DNA of 64,000 bases, from assembly GCA_963719945.1 (NCBI GenBank), contig CAVRDX010000002.1, forward strand, positions 32,001 to 96,000, in the 5' to 3' direction. Of the stretch, positions 59,901 to 64,000 are shown piece by piece (within the stretch, counting starts at the first letter, position 1; every line of letters starts with the position of its first letter). The translations under genes and the position numbers were made by a program. Source of the stretch: an uncultured Thermoplasmata archaeon (lineage in GTDB: Archaea > Thermoplasmatota > Thermoplasmata > UBA10834). The notes below the pieces were generated by a model. That model did no database searches, had not been told where the DNA came from, and saw only the letters and a program-made list of their open reading frames with translations.

Positions 59901-60656
59901 GGCAGATGGGACTTTGATTCTGACGGCATCTGGGACACAGATTACGAAAGCCTTGAGGTGACGTATGTACAGTTCGACACGGTCGGGATCAAGAACATCT
60001 TGCTTGAGGTCATGGATACGACGGGTCTGATATCGACCTTCAACGAGACGGTTGCCGTAGACGACCTGCCGCCGGTAGCTGATGCGGGTCCGGATGCGTC
60101 GATTGCGGTTGGAACCACATTCTTCTTCGACGGGACCGGTTCGAGCGACGACCTCGGAATAACATACTACCGCTGGTCGTTTGTATACAATGGATACACA
60201 CAATACCTCAGCGGAGCCATAACATCATTCTACTTCGATGTCGAGGGAGTGTACGAAGTCACCCTGACGGTGTACGACCGCGCAGGAAGGACGGATTCTG
60301 ACACGATGACCGTGGCGGTGTTCGGGTCGGTCGTCGTGGTGAAGAACCCGGGAAGCTCCAAGAACAGCGTGATGAGCTGGGCTTACACTCCGGAGGCGAA
60401 CGGTGCCTGGATCGCTTGGATAGAGAACCATGGACTCAGGTCTCTGACCATAGAGATATACGACACATCAGGAGGCCAGGAGACACTGGTCGCTGGGATG
60501 AAGATACGGTTCAACACATATGATGCGTATCCGACGGGGATTGTGTGGACCAGCGCAGTTCCGATGGACATTGGCAGGGCGTATCAGATAGTCGTCTCTC
60601 CGCAGGGAAGCGACGGGACCTATGCGATCCTGAACCAGGAGTTCATCGCATATTAG
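56997..60656 (+). CDS. Family-5 ABC substrate-binding domain fused to about 5 PKD/Ig-like domains
   Basis: Signal peptide; LTADDVAYT, VGSGPF, L.DPNVRKAI; PKD cores FDYGDG, WDWDDG, WSWGDG, WDFDSDG, and PPVADAG..FDG..SSDD. Confidence 0.85.
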   Translation: MLFSSSRRIRFSCFVVLIAFAMMALAFTSTISARAEDATLTSNDGYVHVGWLSEVVNWNPLAIEMVEDYVVCYLMYSTLFTYDEDWNGPVQDLATGYSQTIDSQTGKMTTYIDITHNAYFRSLVNPTDTSRQLTADDVAYTLNLIKNNPSSSFDWYLLEVSNITAVSDFTVSMDTPYAKATLFDDLAGIPIVPKYIWEGLSNPIGSLNPADLVGSGPFMFDSYTKGSWYKFSTAPNYHGAIDYGAARTVNIEGILYTVYTSSDALINGANTGAEDFVVLTGDLYGYVEHLGQDASVNIFKAAVQEPGICDIAINAIPNSFRVSTYGSHHPALNDPNVRKAIMMTLNKDYITNTSLQGLATIGSSVVQPGYWQAQIQDQLPYDPSAAKDWLMSHGWSADADGDGYLEAIPGNIYGVPAGTELSGIRCQAPDTDPTYGFITQAWKGWAELAGIGFDSSTESEITMINVAWYKADYDIWVWHWGWGPEPLGGALSVWLTSEIIAGGDNCQMPMGPWWYDKTNYTLAPSEWGLTGPYSAYDQNYSIAMETLNIADRKAIVDKLQQWVYDSYTENPPYYDLGLYGYTDARFDNWGDVAGHSGLNVASDLLWIWFNVKEVTNRAPVYDVGLEDSYIGHVDQTFSFNVTVHDAEGDDLDVIFDYGDGTAPSVVTLTGDTTVPTEATVYHEYGYEGVYDLTVSITDNYVDPVTGLREPIVRTSFVQVLGDVNLPPEITFFDFDTPSPAYVGEETTWTVSASDLESFEYGLTVTWDWDDGTYDVYQIDPFPSNQVATVVATHTWDSAGEYNVMASVWDNFDLPTGYHNVSTILWGYTITINQPPTTPYIYSMDAVPGVPLSCYAYSSDPDGDALKFTWSWGDGTYTVDMRTPSDPYSRVYSIVQHTWENAGNYSVTVYVDDGNGHNVSSSRIAFVYMPMNPPQAYFFVYPGIGTTGTVFTLDPSYSYDYEDPYSALVGRWDFDSDGIWDTDYESLEVTYVQFDTVGIKNILLEVMDTTGLISTFNETVAVDDLPPVADAGPDASIAVGTTFFFDGTGSSDDLGITYYRWSFVYNGYTQYLSGAITSFYFDVEGVYEVTLTVYDRAGRTDSDTMTVAVFGSVVVVKNPGSSKNSVMSWAYTPEANGAWIAWIENHGLRSLTIEIYDTSGGQETLVAGMKIRFNTYDAYPTGIVWTSAVPMDIGRAYQIVVSPQGSDGTYAILNQEFIAY

Positions 60657-60730
60657 GTCAGCGCACTTTCGCAAACCCCTTACATCACTCTTTTATCTTC
60701 TAGAAACATACAGCGTCAGCCATTGATGCA

Positions 60731-61099
60731 ATGAAGGTGATGATCGTGCGAAGGTCCGATGTGAAGACGGATAAGGACATCATCGAGTATCTGAAGGATT
60801 GGCCCGAATTCGAGAGGAAGGTCTATGTCGCAGCCTTCAAGATACCGAAAGGGAAGGTTAGCACGTATCAAAGGGTTGCCAAGATGGCGGGCAACCCTAG
60901 GGCCTGCCGAGCGACAGCAAATGCACTGCACAAGAATCCGCTCTACCCGATCGTTCCTTGTCATAGAGTGGTCAGGGCCGATGGGAGCTTCGGAGGAGAC
61001 GAGAAAAGGGCCGCTGGGAGAAGAAGACATGTCCAAGAGGAAGGTGTGCCGATCAAGAAGGGGAAGGTCGTCATGAACGACGACATCATTTTTGGATGA
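60731..61099 (+). CDS. ogt: O6-methylguanine-DNA methyltransferase family protein (C-terminal domain only)
   Basis: IPKGKVSTY, RATANAL, VPCHRVV active site, EEGV. Confidence 0.88.
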   Translation: MKVMIVRRSDVKTDKDIIEYLKDWPEFERKVYVAAFKIPKGKVSTYQRVAKMAGNPRACRATANALHKNPLYPIVPCHRVVRADGSFGGDEKRAAGRRRHVQEEGVPIKKGKVVMNDDIIFG

Positions 61100-61153
61100 C
61101 ACCTTCAGAAAGAGTCATACGCCCCCTCACGTATTAAGCAACGGTCATAATCC

Positions 61154-61966
61154 ATGAAATGCCCCTATTGCGGAACCGAGAACCTGAGTACAAGCAAGTC
61201 TTGCGCAAGGTGCGGCCGTCCGCTAGGGAGGATGGCCTCAGAGAAGAGGGAACCTGCCCGCGCAAGACCGCCCTTGCAGAGAGAATCGAGTCCGACCATG
61301 AATGACCGGCCCTTGAATCTGAACGTGACGATTACTACAGAAGATGTCACCTCCAATTTGAAGAGGGCATATAAGAGAGGGGCGATGGATCATTCTACGA
61401 AGGTTCTAGATGGATTTCTGACGATCTTCGCATCCCTCCGGAAGAAGGATATAGACCTCAAAGGGCTGATGGAGAAGACCGCGAAGGCGATACAGCAGCA
61501 GTTCAGGATCAGATGGATATCAATCGGCCTCAAGAGCCCTGCGGACGGCAAGTTCAGGTACGAAGTCCTCGTCGGATTCAAGGAAGATGCCGCTGAAGCG
61601 AGGAAGAAGCAGGTGTTCGAACTAGCGGACTTCTTCGAGGACAAGAAGTACAAGGGAAGGATGATCAGCGAATATACCAAGCTGTTCCTGGAAGAGGACC
61701 GACCGTATACGGAAGGCGCAGAGGTCACGTTCAACAGGCCGATCCTGATCAATTCGAAGAGACGAGAGATAGATGATGCGCTCGAGGCGGACTATCTGGA
61801 CGTGCATATCTATGGGATCAACAACGAGCTCAATGGATGGATAGAGATGTCCGGGACCATCATGGGCAAGTTGCCAGACACAGCTACCATCAGAGCGATA
61901 GAGATCATGTGCGACATAATCGGTCAGGCGATCCTGCGTTCGCAGAACAATCGTTATGGAAAATGA
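61154..61966 (+). CDS. N-terminal zinc ribbon plus possible GAF-like domain
   Basis: CPYCG..CARCG; C-domain ends YLDVHIYG..NEL.GWIE.S plus helix, reminiscent of GAF. Confidence 0.65.
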   Translation: MKCPYCGTENLSTSKSCARCGRPLGRMASEKREPARARPPLQRESSPTMNDRPLNLNVTITTEDVTSNLKRAYKRGAMDHSTKVLDGFLTIFASLRKKDIDLKGLMEKTAKAIQQQFRIRWISIGLKSPADGKFRYEVLVGFKEDAAEARKKQVFELADFFEDKKYKGRMISEYTKLFLEEDRPYTEGAEVTFNRPILINSKRREIDDALEADYLDVHIYGINNELNGWIEMSGTIMGKLPDTATIRAIEIMCDIIGQAILRSQNNRYGK

Positions 61967-62006
61967 ATTGAGATAAGAGGTTTGATCGTAGGCTCGTACT
62001 TGATAT

Positions 62007-63215
62007 TCAAGCGACGCCCCAGTATTCCTCGAGGAAGTCCCACCAGCCCATATGAGGGAATTCGAACTCCATGTACAAGTCGTACGAGGCGGCGCTCGCG
62101 ACCGTGTACATCGAGTACGAAGGCGGGAACAGTATCCCGATGCCCTGGTACCCTAGCTTTTCGCTGATTGGTGTGACTCCCATGCCCTTTATCACGTCAG
62201 AGAGCTCATCGAGCACTAGCTGGCAACCCGCATATACTGGAGAATTCTTGGGCACATGCTTCTGCAAGCTCTCGAGGAATGTCGGCAGGTCGATACGACC
62301 AGCAGATCGCGAACCCCATGGAGTCCTCGATTCGGCTTCGGCGGTGTTGATCGCGCTCTTGTACTGAGTGATATCAGTCGCGAGCATCGATGCGAGCACG
62401 TTCATCGAATTCGCAGCGTCCGCAATCTCACTGAGCTTGAAGACCGTCTGAGTCGTGAGAATCTCCGACATGAACGGCGAGACGCTGAACAACTTCGTGA
62501 ACTCATCCACTATCACCAAGGACAGTTCTTCGGAATCCATATCCGGCTTTGCGGTGAGCCTCTCGAGAATCTTGTCATATGAGAACCCGCGCCAGCCGAT
62601 ATAGCTCTCACTCGCCACTACATAGTCAGTCTGCACGCCTCTTGCAGCATATTCATAGATGGTCTCGATCTGGCCGACGGAACACTCGTCCATGGCCATG
62701 ACATCTACTTTCAATCCGTCGAGCGCTCCAATTAGCTCCTGATGGGTCAGCCAATCCCCACCTGCACTGCCGTCCTCCATCGTTTCGTCGTAGCCGACGC
62801 CGCTGACACCAGAACCGTGATCCCAGAAGAACAAACACATGTGCTCAGCGGCATAATTCTTGTTGCTGTACTCAATGAAAGACCGGAGAACAGATGGGTC
62901 ACCCATGTTGAGTTCTCCATATTCTTCGAGGAGTACCAATTTACCAGGGTTCACCAGGTAGAGTTTGGTTTCTGTGTACAACCCATCGACTATGGTCAGT
63001 ACGTTCACATCGTCTCCTGTCCCAACAGCCATGAGTTCATCGAGATCGGTCTGTATGTATGCATCCAGATTGTTGTCCGCCACGAGATAGACAAGGACCG
63101 ACCATTTGGCAGGTGTCCGTTCACTCTCATCCTCGGCAATGGCAAACCCAGCGAATGCCGATGCGGCGAATGCGATCGCAAGCAGTACGCAAGAAGTCCT
63201 CTTGATCACTGACAC
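62007..63215 (-). CDS. Secreted clostripain-related cysteine peptidase (family C11)
   Basis: WSVLVYLVADNNLD, ELNMGDP, WDHGSG, MDECSV, VASE, WWDFL. Confidence 0.9.
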   Translation of the reverse strand: MSVIKRTSCVLLAIAFAASAFAGFAIAEDESERTPAKWSVLVYLVADNNLDAYIQTDLDELMAVGTGDDVNVLTIVDGLYTETKLYLVNPGKLVLLEEYGELNMGDPSVLRSFIEYSNKNYAAEHMCLFFWDHGSGVSGVGYDETMEDGSAGGDWLTHQELIGALDGLKVDVMAMDECSVGQIETIYEYAARGVQTDYVVASESYIGWRGFSYDKILERLTAKPDMDSEELSLVIVDEFTKLFSVSPFMSEILTTQTVFKLSEIADAANSMNVLASMLATDITQYKSAINTAEAESRTPWGSRSAGRIDLPTFLESLQKHVPKNSPVYAGCQLVLDELSDVIKGMGVTPISEKLGYQGIGILFPPSYSMYTVASAASYDLYMEFEFPHMGWWDFLEEYWGVA

Positions 63216-63682
63216 TAGTTGTATCCCCCCTTTCCCCTTAGACTGGAACAAGTAAACGACAATCTGGGACTTAGCATCTTCGTCACTGACTATTTAAAAC
63301 GGTGTGGTTCCGCCCATGCGTTCCTGACGGCGACATATAACCAGACAGATGGTCGCAGCCGATGGACTGGAATCAGCAGATTCGGATCAGCAATCCGACT
63401 CGAGAAGGGATATCAGAGAATGAATCAGACGGCTCCAGGAGCAAGGTTCGTTTCCAGTCATAAAGCAACTCTCGGCCCGAAGTTGCGGAATCCGTTTGGA
63501 AAGGCATATTATTCAATGATTTGGAACCTACTGGATTAGAAACATGCATTGGTCGAATAATGATGCGTCACTGATATGTATTACGATCATGATGGATGCG
63601 CAATAAACAAATCGATTGGTAGCAGTTTCATACATGACTTTACAAACATATGCAGAAGAATCATTGAATTGGGAGCCATTCT

Positions 63683-64000
63683 ATGGACGATATGCTGAAG
63701 CAGGAGATAGATAGGGCTGTCGAAGAATCTGCCAGGAAGCTCTATCAGGTATCCATTCCACCCGTTCGAAGATGGTTGCTAGAGACTGTGATGGACAGGG
63801 ATATGAATGATCCGAGTGTCCAGCACGCAATCGAAGAGAGTCGGAACTATCCATTTCTTGTAAGAATGATGGCGAAGCAGAGGAAGGACGGAACATGGCC
63901 GATCCCGAACCAGAGAAAGGCAGAGGAGGATGCTGGCCTCGGACCGCCATACGGATGGACATACATCACCATTGTCAGGAACCTCTACCTTGCCTACGAA
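63683..64000 (+). CDS. Partial CDS, possibly prenyltransferase/squalene-cyclase-repeat (alpha/alpha toroid) protein
   Basis: Manual translation MDDMLKQEID...MAKQRKDGTWP...; Q-x-x-DG-x-W motif; frame open to the window end. Confidence 0.6.
   Translation, partial: MDDMLKQEIDRAVEESARKLYQVSIPPVRRWLLETVMDRDMNDPSVQHAIEESRNYPFLVRMMAKQRKDGTWPIPNQRKAEEDAGLGPPYGWTYITIVRNLYLAYE

Noticed and set aside
1-64000. tRNA, rRNA, CRISPR array, IS/transposase, integrase or intein
   Set aside because: No cloverleaf, spaced direct repeats or catalytic motifs recognised by eye; tRNAscan-SE, Infernal and CRISPR finders were not run.

Overview
Gene-dense prokaryotic window that is most likely archaeal and Thermoplasmatota-like. 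This is an inference from GGAGG/GGTGA ribosome-binding sites, TATA-like boxes, and many zinc-ribbon and PKD proteins. I could not support any rRNA, tRNA, CRISPR array or transposase. The content suggests an anaerobic protein/peptide scavenger: three clostripain (C11) paralogues, a C39-like secreted peptidase, an Opp/Dpp ABC operon, a 1219-aa peptide-binding protein fused to PKD repeats, and a non-pyrrolysine MttB-family methyltransferase. The standout is a putative three-gene operon at 17982-21383. It encodes a small zinc-ribbon membrane protein, then a DUF2207-like single-pass membrane protein whose predicted cytoplasmic C-terminus ends in a Gly-rich linker plus (Cys-Ala)6-GGGR, then an overlapping radical SAM/SPASM enzyme with an N-terminal PqqD/RRE-like domain. 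This looks like a RiPP-type modification system whose substrate is the tail of a membrane protein. Other observations include a domain split by two inserted jelly-roll domains, an OppD ATPase with coiled-coil and Zn-ribbon insertions, a frameshifted tandem SAP-like gene, a recurrent AAAC(C/T)+pyrimidine 3' motif, and two candidate small RNAs. All family assignments come from motifs read by eye; no searches were run.
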